Both the position numbers and the translations under genes were made by a program. From assembly GCA_001821135.1 (NCBI GenBank), contig MHSA01000021.1, positions 3,956-67,955 on the forward strand: a DNA stretch of 64,000 nucleotides, given 5' to 3'. Below are positions 29,217 through 37,594 of this stretch, in pieces. Source of the stretch: Candidatus Taylorbacteria bacterium RIFCSPLOWO2_01_FULL_48_100 (GTDB lineage Bacteria > Patescibacteriota > Minisyncoccia > Phycocordibacterales > UBA10002). The notes beneath the pieces are model-generated. The model was not told where the DNA came from and did no database searches. It saw only the letters and a program-made list of their open reading frames with translations. Each line of letters begins with the position of its first letter. Position 1 is the first letter of the stretch.

Positions 29217-29452
29217 GTTGATAGCATTAAATTCCAAAACGAGCGGGTGGCGGGGAAAAGTCCGCGCGAACGATCGACTACATCGCGTATAAGCGCGTGG
29301 TTATAACGATTCCACATCCAGCGCACTTCGTTGTCATCGCCAAAATCCAAAATCCGCTCAATGATATAGCGCGCGTTTTTTTCAATGTCAATCGTCTTCG
29401 GGTCCACATCCCAAAACAGCGATTGGCGAAATGTGATTTGTTCATTTTTCAT
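29213..29452 (-). CDS. DUF6922-like small partner protein
   Basis: SLFWDVDPKTID..YIIERILDFGD; ATGA overlap with AbiEii. Confidence 0.85.
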   Translation of the reverse strand: MKNEQITFRQSLFWDVDPKTIDIEKNARYIIERILDFGDDNEVRWMWNRYNHALIRDVVDRSRGLFPATRSFWNLMLST

Positions 29453-29651
29453 ACCCCCTATTATACCATATTTCCTGTGGACAACTCGGTTATAGGCGGT
29501 TGCTTTTTTATGATGTGTGGGATAGTATGAATATGTCGGTTACAGCAGATTTCCCGAGACACCGTTATTTCAAGCCGTTTTCCGAACTACCGCGCGATTA
29601 GCAATTAAACTTTGGCTTATATTACTTACCTTTCAGGCGACAAAGCGTATT

Positions 29652-30680
29652 TTGCGTTCTAACCTTTCTGTAAAGGTTCTTTTTGTTGCCACTGTCTTTT
29701 TTGTTTTTGTAAGTTTACCGCTGGCTGTTGTGCACGCCAGCGTTTTTTCTTTTTTAGAAGAACTAATGTCTCCAAAAGTAAACGCACAAGATTCGCGGGA
29801 AACAGCGAACGGCAATTCGCAGACCATTGAACTGTTGCGCTCCGCGCTAAACTCCGACCCGAACCCGGCGAAGGGCGGCGGAGATATTTCAATTGTCGGA
29901 GGTGCCGCACTTCTTCCCGAGTCAGGTCCGTCTGGAACGATTGCAGATATTTCAGTAGGAAATGTGCATGGCTCTATTAGCGTTTATACCGTGCGTTCGG
30001 GCGATACGCTCTCGCAAATTGCAAAAATGTTCGGCGTGTCAGTGAATACGGTTGTGTGGGCAAACAATATCAAAAACGGCGTTATCCGCCCCGGCGATTC
30101 TCTCGTCATTCTCCCTATTTCCGGAGTACAGCATATCGTAAAGAAAGGCGATACGGTTGCAAGTATTGCAAAAAAGTATAGCGCGGACGCGCGAGAAGTC
30201 GCTCTCTTTAACAATCTTTCCGAAAACGCAAAGCTTGCCGTTGGCGATGAAGTGACTATCCCCGACGGCGAAATGGCGTTCCCCGCATCGTTTGCGCCCG
30301 CGCCGCGCGTGCGCGGCGCGGGCGGCCCAACATACGAAGGGTATTACCTGCGCCCGATTCTCGGCGGGCGGAAGACACAAGGGCTTCACGGCTACAACGG
30401 AGTAGACCTTGCGAGTTACTACGGCGCGCCGGTGTTTGCGTCAGCAGAAGGCGAAGTGATTGTCGCGCGCTACGACGGTTGGAACGGCGGGTACGGCAAG
30501 TATATTGTTATCTCGCATCCGAACGGCACGCAGACGCTATACTCCCACCTTTCGCAAGTCATTACCTATGTCGGCAGGCAGGTTCCGCGCGGCGAGCTCA
30601 TCGGCAACATCGGTTCTACCGGCAACTCCACCGGCCCTCACCTCCACTTTGAAATCCGCGGCGCGCGAAATCCGTTTTAA
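29652..30680 (+). CDS. LysM-LysM-M23 peptidoglycan endopeptidase
   Basis: YTVRSGDTLSQIA, VKKGDTVASIA, HGYNGVD, YSHL, STGPHLHFE. Confidence 0.93.
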   Translation: MRSNLSVKVLFVATVFFVFVSLPLAVVHASVFSFLEELMSPKVNAQDSRETANGNSQTIELLRSALNSDPNPAKGGGDISIVGGAALLPESGPSGTIADISVGNVHGSISVYTVRSGDTLSQIAKMFGVSVNTVVWANNIKNGVIRPGDSLVILPISGVQHIVKKGDTVASIAKKYSADAREVALFNNLSENAKLAVGDEVTIPDGEMAFPASFAPAPRVRGAGGPTYEGYYLRPILGGRKTQGLHGYNGVDLASYYGAPVFASAEGEVIVARYDGWNGGYGKYIVISHPNGTQTLYSHLSQVITYVGRQVPRGELIGNIGSTGNSTGPHLHFEIRGARNPF

Positions 30681-30754
30681 GGAAGTTGGCGTTACGCATT
30701 ATGATTGAGTGAATAAAAAGATTCCGAGAATAGAATATGCTATAATATTTACAT

Positions 30755-31045
30755 ATGAAAGAGAACAGGGGCGTTTTTATACAAAACAAATTACCCAATT
30801 CATTTCGTCCGCTTTTGTGGTCCTTAAAATGGGAGGATGTGGATGTTGACAAAGATAAAAGTGATATTATTCTCGCCGCTGTTAATGAGGGAACTCTTGA
30901 ACAATGGCGCTGGATTATTAGAATGTATGGGCGGGAAGCAATACGGGAAACGCTTGCGAATCGTCTTGCTACAGAATTTCATCCAGAATCCGGTAACTTA
31001 GCAAAAGTTGTCTTTGACTTGCCGAAATTATCATATGCACGATGA
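30755..31045 (+). CDS. DUF6922-like small partner protein
   Basis: LLWSLKWEDVDVDKDK..II...NEG.LEQWRW; upstream of AbiEii. Confidence 0.75.
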   Translation: MKENRGVFIQNKLPNSFRPLLWSLKWEDVDVDKDKSDIILAAVNEGTLEQWRWIIRMYGREAIRETLANRLATEFHPESGNLAKVVFDLPKLSYAR

Positions 31046-31652
31046 GGTTTTAACAAAGTCCGCGGCGGCGCTTCTTCCGTCAATTGTTCGTTTTAGTGAT
31101 TTCTACCTTGCCGGCGGTACGGCGCTCGCCTTACAGATTGGACACAGGCGTTCGGTTGATTTTGACTTGTTTTCAGAAAAAACGCTTCCCGCAGAATTGC
31201 TCCCGCGTGTAAAGCGCGTATGCGCCCCACTGTCAGTTGTTGTTACATATAGTTCTACGGAACAACTCAATGTTCTTATCGGCGGCGTTAAGACGACCTT
31301 TTTGTTTTTTCCTTACCCGGTTATTAATCCGCCAGTCGCGTATCGCGGTATTTCAATCGCGAGCATACGCGAAATTGCCGCAATGAAAGCATTTGCGGTC
31401 GGCAAGCGGCTCTCGTTCAAGGATTATGTTGATTGGTATTTTATGTTGAAAGAAAAATATGTAACGCTTCCAGATGTTATAGCTCTCGCTCAAAAGAAAT
31501 TCGGCGGCGATTTCAATGACCGGCTGTTTCTCGGGCAACTCGTGTCGCTTGCCGATGTTCCTATTCAGTCAATAGATTTCTTGCGCGCCGCGGTTGATAA
31601 AAAAGAAATCACGGAGTTTCTTGAGTATTCTGTAAAGACATTCGCACTCTAA
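31035..31652 (+). CDS. AbiEii-family nucleotidyltransferase
   Basis: FYLAGGTALALQIGHRRSVDFDLF, AAMKAFA..KDYVD. Confidence 0.9.
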   Translation: MHDEVLTKSAAALLPSIVRFSDFYLAGGTALALQIGHRRSVDFDLFSEKTLPAELLPRVKRVCAPLSVVVTYSSTEQLNVLIGGVKTTFLFFPYPVINPPVAYRGISIASIREIAAMKAFAVGKRLSFKDYVDWYFMLKEKYVTLPDVIALAQKKFGGDFNDRLFLGQLVSLADVPIQSIDFLRAAVDKKEITEFLEYSVKTFAL

Positions 31653-31656
31653 CGGG

Positions 31657-32973
31657 ATGAAACAAAAACTATCGTTTGCGGTTTCTTTTTTATTGTTAAT
31701 TTCTCCTCTTTTTACTTTCGCGCAAGATGGGCAAAGGAAGCCCAATGCGCGCAAAGAATAGCAGACGCAACTATACTTCAACAAAAAATCTCCGATATAT
31801 CTTCTAGTATTGGTGTGATTGACCGCCTGCTTGATTCTTTGCAAATCACCAAAAAATACACCGATTCGCTCACTAAACTTGATGGCGCATTGTTTATGCT
31901 CGTTCCTTTTGGCGGAGAACAATCACAAAACTATGAACACGCAAATCGCACCGCCATCAAGTGTGTACAAAACCGTGGGGGACCAGTGCCTATTGGTACA
32001 AGTACATACGCAAAAGGTGTTTTGTACACGGAAATAACCGCACCGCAACGGCAACTGGTAACAAAACTCAAAACAGATGCTTCAGCAATTACTACTTATG
32101 TCAGCGAAGAGTTGGAAAAGTCAGAAAATGGGCAGTTGGGAATTGGCGCGACAGTATCTGTTGTAAGAAAAGTGGTTGCGCTTAAATCTGCCGGTGAGAA
32201 AGATTTACTGCCGATTAATCTTGAAGCACTTGCAAAAAATCACTCTTCGCTCAAACCGTAGGAGGGTTTGTCCATCAGTTTTTCAGCAGACGGCAATACT
32301 TTTAATATTCCGAGCGCATTGCGTACCGCACTCGCGCCTGTATTATGGCTCATGGGCATCTCGCTCGGTTCGGAGCCGCTGTCCGGAGGCATTCTTTCTT
32401 TTGACAGCGAAACATTCGGCGTTTTCGTTCCAGAAACAGTTATGCTCAATGAATTTCGTTCTACTATCACTGCGAAGATAAAGGATTTTCAAAATAAAAA
32501 ACAAAAGTATCAACAGATACAAAACACACTGCGGACACAACTTGCCGGTTTGGAAAAGAGCTCTTATCAGTGCGACGCTTCTGTGCTGACGGCGCAGGCG
32601 GAGATTGAAACTATCATCTCAAATGATGGCGATGCGCCTTACCAGGACGCACCGACTTATGCTGGTAATAATGAGCCGCCTGTATCTAACATAAGCGATA
32701 TCGCAAACGAATCCATTTTTGACACCGTATCCGTGAACCTCAAAGTGAACGGTCAAGACGGAACCGTAACCGTTTCGCCAGGTAGCCGTATTGTCCCGAG
32801 TAGGTGCAACCAGATGCAAGGCAAATTGGTCGCGCAATGACCTTAAACTCTCAGGCACGGTTGCCGGTCGCGTCAGTCGTTCCGTAACCGTTAAAGTCGC
32901 TTGCATAGACGCAGACGGAAACCGCGCGGATGATGAAGTGCGGGTGAATGTTGTAAGTGAAGAAATATCATAA
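31657..32973 (+). pseudogene. Fragmented secreted protein gene whose C-terminal domain is paralogous to the N-terminal domain of 26385-28370
   Basis: Signal peptide ORF from ATG 31657 stops early; in-frame TAG at 32259; frameshift near 32795 inside VSVNLKVNGQDGTVTV...GATRCKANWSRNDLKLSGTVAGR. Confidence 0.75.
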
Positions 32974-32977
32974 ACAT

Positions 32978-33523
32978 CTAGATATTAAATCCTATTTTCC
33001 GTATCGGCTTTGTAGGAGGCGCAAGCAGTTGCTTGATTGCTTCAAACACCACCTTGAACTGCTGGTCGTATTTGCTTTCCAGTTTTTCTATTTTCTCCCG
33101 CAGTTCTTTGTTGGTCGCAATGAGTTCTCGCAATTTTGTAAAAGTTCTAATGATTTGTATGTTCACTTGAATGGCGCGTCTGCTATTGAGGACGCTTGAA
33201 AGCATCGCCACACCTTGTTCGGTAAAAGCATGATAACGATAGCGTTGTCCGCCATGACTTGAGGTTCCAATTTGTAACCTCAAGTTCAAGTCCGATTTGG
33301 ATGTCACAATTTGTGACTTCCAAATTTCCATTTCGCGAGCATTCAACTGAAACATAAAGTCAGCCGGAAATCTCTCTATGTTTCTTTTTACCGTTTTATT
33401 CAGATTCTTTGTCTCTGCTCCGTAAAGTTCCGCCAAGTCCTTATCCAACATAACTTTCTTTCCTCGCAACAGGAATATCTTGCCTTCAATTCTGCTATCT
33501 GGAATTATTGCTAGTGTTCGCAT
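32978..33523 (-). CDS. ORF6N (KilA-N-like) DNA-binding protein
   Basis: KVMLDKDLAELYG, RNIERFPADFMFQL, FTEQGVAMLSSVLNS. Confidence 0.93.
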   Translation of the reverse strand: MRTLAIIPDSRIEGKIFLLRGKKVMLDKDLAELYGAETKNLNKTVKRNIERFPADFMFQLNAREMEIWKSQIVTSKSDLNLRLQIGTSSHGGQRYRYHAFTEQGVAMLSSVLNSRRAIQVNIQIIRTFTKLRELIATNKELREKIEKLESKYDQQFKVVFEAIKQLLAPPTKPIRKIGFNI

Positions 33524-33535
33524 GTTTTGTATTAT

Positions 33536-35113
33536 TTACTGATTGATTATTTGTTTTGGACGGTACGAAAGCGCTTCCAAAATATCGTCCTCCGTTACTT
33601 CATCGCGCTCGGCGAGGTCGGCGATTGTGCGTGCGAGTTTCATCACGCGGTGGTATGAGCGCGCAGAGAGGTCCAACCGTCGCGCGTTTGCGTTCAGCAT
33701 TCCTTTTGTTTTTTCATCAAGCGGGATTATTCTTGCAATATGTTTGGCGGGCGTGTCCGCGTTGGTCTTTGCTTTCAGTTTCGCCTTCTTAAATCGTTCT
33801 TCTTGTCGCTTCCGCGCCGCAATAACGCGCTCCCGCACTTCTTTTGACTCCGAACCATCACGCGCTTCGTCCGAAAGCTTTCCGTACTCAACGGCAGACA
33901 CTTCAATCGCGAGGTCAATGCGGTCAATCACTGGCCCAGAAATCTTCCTGCGGTAGCGCTCCGCGGCGTTAGCTCCGCAAACGCACGATTTTCCTTTTAC
34001 ACCCTTGTTTCCGCACGGGCACGGGTTCATTGCCGCAATCAAGATAAAATGCGCCGGAAAATGTGCAGAGCCCCGTGCGCGCGAAACCGAAATCATCCGC
34101 TCCTCAAGCGGCTCGCGGAGCGTGTCTATCACGCGCCGGTCAAATTCCGGAAACTCATCTAGAAACAAAACGCCTCGGTGCGCGAGCGTTGCTTCACCCG
34201 GCTTTGGAATCGCGCCTCCGCCAGTGATGGAGACATATGAAGATGTGTGGTGTGGGCTGCGCACGGGTGGGTGCGACACAATCGTATCGCGAAGCTTCCC
34301 CGCGACGGAATGTATGCCCGTCACTTCCAGCATTTCTTGAAACGAAAGCGGCGGGAGGAGCCCCGCAAACGCTTTCGCAAGCATTGTCTTACCTGTGCCG
34401 GGCGGGCCCCATAGCAGAATGTTGTGTCCGCCCGCCGCCGCAATTTCCAGCCCGCGCTTCGCGGTTTCCTGTCCTTTGATATCCGACAAATCAATTTGCG
34501 CTTCGGGTGGTTCGTCGGGAATCGCGGTCTCGTGGACTTGCTTCAGCGCGCGTTTTTTTACAAATGGTGTCTCATCTCCGTCTCCCGCAAGGTCTTTGGG
34601 TATAAGGTGTGCGATAACGGCAGTTAAAGTCGGTGCTGCGTACACTTGTATCCCCCGAATAAGCGCGGCTTCGCGCGCATTCCCTTGGGGTACAAATACT
34701 TCTTCAAAATCGCGCTTGCGCGCTTCTTCTACAAGAGGAAGTACACCCGCGACTGGTCTTAGCTCTCCGTCAAGCGAGAGTTCTCCTAGAAAGAGTTTCT
34801 TTTCAGGCGCAAAGCGAATTGCACCTACCGCTTTGAGGTACGCGAGTGCAACGGGCAAGTCAAACGCAGGTCCTTCTTTCTTGAGGTCTGCAGGTGCGAG
34901 CGAAATCGTTACTTTTTGGTTTTTCTGCTTTGGCGACTTGAAGCCGCTATTCTTTATCGCTGCAGAAACGCGGTCGCGAGATTCTTCAACCGCTTTGTCT
35001 GGAAGCCCTACGACGGAAAACGAATGGAGCCCGCCAGCAATGTCCGCTTCAACAGATATGAGATGGGGAGTGAGCAGATGCGTTTCGGCACTCCATACTT
35101 TGGCGAAACTCAT
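33536..35113 (-). CDS. comM: ComM/YifB Mg-chelatase-like AAA+ ATPase
   Basis: VGLPDKAVEES, GPPGTGKT, PHHT, LAHRGVLFLDE, MNPCPCG. Confidence 0.93.
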   Translation of the reverse strand: MSFAKVWSAETHLLTPHLISVEADIAGGLHSFSVVGLPDKAVEESRDRVSAAIKNSGFKSPKQKNQKVTISLAPADLKKEGPAFDLPVALAYLKAVGAIRFAPEKKLFLGELSLDGELRPVAGVLPLVEEARKRDFEEVFVPQGNAREAALIRGIQVYAAPTLTAVIAHLIPKDLAGDGDETPFVKKRALKQVHETAIPDEPPEAQIDLSDIKGQETAKRGLEIAAAGGHNILLWGPPGTGKTMLAKAFAGLLPPLSFQEMLEVTGIHSVAGKLRDTIVSHPPVRSPHHTSSYVSITGGGAIPKPGEATLAHRGVLFLDEFPEFDRRVIDTLREPLEERMISVSRARGSAHFPAHFILIAAMNPCPCGNKGVKGKSCVCGANAAERYRRKISGPVIDRIDLAIEVSAVEYGKLSDEARDGSESKEVRERVIAARKRQEERFKKAKLKAKTNADTPAKHIARIIPLDEKTKGMLNANARRLDLSARSYHRVMKLARTIADLAERDEVTEDDILEALSYRPKQIINQ

Positions 35114-35114
35114 A

Positions 35115-35216
35115 ATACTAATATACGAATTATACTAATGATACGAATGACTACTAATGCTTCGTAATCTTTATTCGTATCCATTGGTAGATTGGTATTC
35201 ATTTGTATATTGGTAT
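35115..35216. repeat. Palindromic repeat family A, empty copy
   Basis: Two inverted arms between the DksA-like stop and comM start. Confidence 0.9.
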
Positions 35217-35582
35217 TTATGCATTCATATGCTTCTTACAGGTCGTTGCCGCTGGGTTCGCCTCTAGGCGTTCGTTCTCTATAATCTCTTTCCCCTTTTC
35301 GCAGAGCCCATAGGTGCCGTTTTTAATCCGTTCAAGAGCCGCCTGTACTTCGTTGTAGCGAATTTCCAATTGTTTAAGAATTGCTGTATTACCCTCAAAT
35401 GCTTCTAAACTGTCGGCGAGTTCTGTTTCGTCTGCGGTGAGCGTATCCATTTTTTCCGGAGTCGCTTGCCAGTCGCTCGGATTGTCGGGGTTTTTGCGCC
35501 CAACGCCTTTTAATTCCGCTTCAACAATCGCAAGTTCCGATTTTAATTTTTCCTCAAAATGTTTTACTGTTTTTTTGTCCAT
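35217..35582 (-). CDS. TraR/DksA-family protein
   Basis: D..E.AD coiled coil, ALERIKNGTYGLC, ERLEANPAATTC..H (atypical Zn ligands). Confidence 0.88.
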   Translation of the reverse strand: MDKKTVKHFEEKLKSELAIVEAELKGVGRKNPDNPSDWQATPEKMDTLTADETELADSLEAFEGNTAILKQLEIRYNEVQAALERIKNGTYGLCEKGKEIIENERLEANPAATTCKKHMNA

Positions 35583-35626
35583 AGTCGTGTAAGAGTATTA
35601 TAACAAGAAATAATATGTCAAGCACC

Positions 35627-36685
35627 TTACTGGGGCGCTGCAACTAACTTGTCCATTATTTTCTCAAATGAATCCTCGTCGTTTGTTATTATTATTGTCT
35701 TTTTATCTGCAAATCCGTAAAGTAACAATGGTTTATCGTCTGTGCCGATAAGTTCGCGAATATCGCGGTTTCTAATGGTACGGTCTGTAAAATTCACCCC
35801 TCCTATTGCCTCGCCAAACAAGGGCCCAATATCGCCAAGTATTGTTTTTTCCCACTTTAACATTCCCGCAAGCGCGGTTTGGTAGTAATTTGTTTTAAAA
35901 ACAAGGAACGCGCGGTTGGTTGGAAGCCCGCGAAGCCCAAGCGCAAATTGCGGCTCCAGCGCACGAACAAAACCACCTTCCGTGCTCGCATTTAAAAGCG
36001 ACAAAAATTCTTGCGCCGTGAGCGCGCGTTCCATCGCTTCTCCTTCAGCGCTTCGCGCGGCTTTTGTTGGCGTAATGAGTGTGAAAGACGAAAGCGCGAG
36101 CGCGGCTTCGCGCTCTCGCGCAAAAGCAGTTATAAAGGTATCCCGTACAAGACGGGACGAGTCAAGCGTTTTTTCTCTATCTGCAAGAATTATTTTTGTC
36201 ATTCCGGAAATGGTCGGTGTATTTTCGGCGGCAGGCAAATTAGAAAAATACCAATATCCGATTCCAATCGCTCCAGCAAGAAACAAAAACACAACGCTCC
36301 ACAACACAAGCGAACGCGCGCTTTTACGCATCAGTTCCATTTGCGGTAAAGGAATTGAGATTTTTACATCCCCTCCTGCCTGAGGAGGGGTGCCGAGTCC
36401 GCGAGGCGGGGTGGTGGGAGGGTTTTGCAGAGAAACCACCCCCTCCCCCCTCGCTTCGCCCGCCTGCGCAGGCAGGCTCGTGGTACTCCCCCTTAAAAAA
36501 GGGCGAGAGGTAAGAGGTTGCTCTGTATTATTAATCCTCCTCTCCTGCTCCGCCAACGCAAATTTCGCCGCAGTTCCACCTTCCTGCTTCATAAACTCTC
36601 CCACATCGCGCTCGTAGGTGCGTATCCGCGGCACGCCCGACTGAATGACTTCAGTCGTTCGGGCGGGCGTTTCTTTTGTTTCCAT
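35627..36685 (-). CDS. Membrane-anchored hypothetical protein carrying an in-frame family B insertion
   Basis: IRTYERD N-terminal motif, one TM, GMLKWE..LLYGF C-terminal domain. Confidence 0.75.
   Translation of the reverse strand: METKETPARTTEVIQSGVPRIRTYERDVGEFMKQEGGTAAKFALAEQERRINNTEQPLTSRPFLRGSTTSLPAQAGEARGEGVVSLQNPPTTPPRGLGTPPQAGGDVKISIPLPQMELMRKSARSLVLWSVVFLFLAGAIGIGYWYFSNLPAAENTPTISGMTKIILADREKTLDSSRLVRDTFITAFAREREAALALSSFTLITPTKAARSAEGEAMERALTAQEFLSLLNASTEGGFVRALEPQFALGLRGLPTNRAFLVFKTNYYQTALAGMLKWEKTILGDIGPLFGEAIGGVNFTDRTIRNRDIRELIGTDDKPLLLYGFADKKTIIITNDEDSFEKIMDKLVAAPQ
36372..36510. repeat. Palindromic repeat family B, copy 4 (inverted, intragenic, with nested CCTGCGCAGGCAGG)
   Basis: Reverse complement of the 21289 copy; translated as ..SRPFLRGSTTSLPAQAGEARGEGV..PPRGLGTPPQAGG. 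Confidence 0.85.
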
Positions 36686-36789
36686 GATAATAGTATATCA
36701 AAAAACTTCTTCTTTGGTCTGTATACTTTACAAAAAATATACTCTATGATACTCTGTTTCTCAGATTCTGAGATAAAAGAAAGGTAGAT

Positions 36790-37107
36790 ATGCCAAATAT
36801 AGAGATTCACGGTTTCGTTGAAAAAACGAAACAAGTAAAAGATGCTGTGTGGGCTGGTTTTCTTCATAATGAACGGCTCAAAGAATTTGCTGAAGAGGTG
36901 GTAGTCACCACATTTCCTTCCGTGACTGACGATATGCGCGGAAGGCGGTCTCCGTTTATCCGCGTATTTTTTGCGACAAAAGCAGAAAAGAAAAACTGTA
37001 AGGATGTTCTTTCTCGCATTCCTGATATCTATGCTGGAATTTGTTTTGATGTTGAGTTCGTGCGATCGGAGGATTTTTGCAGTTTTCCACCGAAAAAGAA
37101 GAAATAA
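36790..37107 (+). CDS. Hypothetical protein, possibly tautomerase-superfamily
   Basis: MPNIEIHG with Pro after Met; PFIRV strand. Confidence 0.55.
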   Translation: MPNIEIHGFVEKTKQVKDAVWAGFLHNERLKEFAEEVVVTTFPSVTDDMRGRRSPFIRVFFATKAEKKNCKDVLSRIPDIYAGICFDVEFVRSEDFCSFPPKKKK

Positions 37108-37115
37108 ACACCATC

Positions 37116-37145
37116 AAACCGTCGGACTTCTCCGGCGGTTTTTTT
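37116..37145 (+). terminator. Intrinsic terminator
   Basis: AAACCGTCGGA-CTTC-TCCGGCGGTTT followed by a T-run. Confidence 0.75.
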
Positions 37146-37217
37146 ATGCGCAAAACCTGTTTATGTCTCTACAAGTATTTTGCAAAATACTTGTATGAAT
37201 GATTCAGTGCGCCACAA

Positions 37218-37252
37218 GACACCCGATGTCTAAATTGCAGACATCGGGTGTC
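37218..37252. repeat. Perfect 14-bp inverted repeat
   Basis: GACACCCGATGTCT-N7-AGACATCGGGTGTC. Confidence 0.8.
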
Positions 37253-37258
37253 AAACAG

Positions 37259-37339
37259 TTACTTGCTCTTTTTTGCAAGAATACCGAGGAGAATAAAGAC
37301 GATTACCACAAGCGCACCAAGAATATAGATGTTAGTCAT
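37259..37339 (-). CDS. 26-aa single-TM peptide
   Basis: MTNIYILGALVVIVFILLGILAKKSK. Confidence 0.45.
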   Translation of the reverse strand: MTNIYILGALVVIVFILLGILAKKSK

Positions 37340-37364
37340 AGCGTTTGTTACATCATTCATAATA

Positions 37365-37550
37365 TCACGATTTAGCTAATAATAAACTTGAAAACCATGT
37401 ACCAAAAGAAAGCAATAATCCCAACGCAATTAAATAAATGTTCGCATGTCCATTTGCAATTGGCTCAATAAACAATCCTGCAAACAAAACTTGTGCTATA
37501 TCGCGACTAATTGCCGACAAAGTTTCTGTTTTCAACAGTGTAGCGGTCAT
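37365..37550 (-). CDS. Small two-TM membrane protein
   Basis: MTATLLKTETLSAISRDIAQVLFAGLFIEP... Confidence 0.55.
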   Translation of the reverse strand: MTATLLKTETLSAISRDIAQVLFAGLFIEPIANGHANIYLIALGLLLSFGTWFSSLLLAKS

Positions 37551-37594
37551 ATAACGAAAGTATTCTAGCATACTAATCCATGCAATTAAACAAC

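Noticed and set aside
32259-32261. Stop-codon recoding (in-frame TAG) or code 25
   Set aside because: The same gene has other frameshifts, and TAG and TGA terminate conserved genes (dnaA, dnaN, rnpA) normally.
32978-33523. Prophage suggested by ORF6N protein
   Set aside because: No integrase, structural or replication phage genes nearby.
34395-35138. 247-aa plus-strand ORF (likewise 50975-51721, 57381-58034, 20785-21510)
   Set aside because: Antisense shadows of comM, rny, nusA and the T4SS gene.
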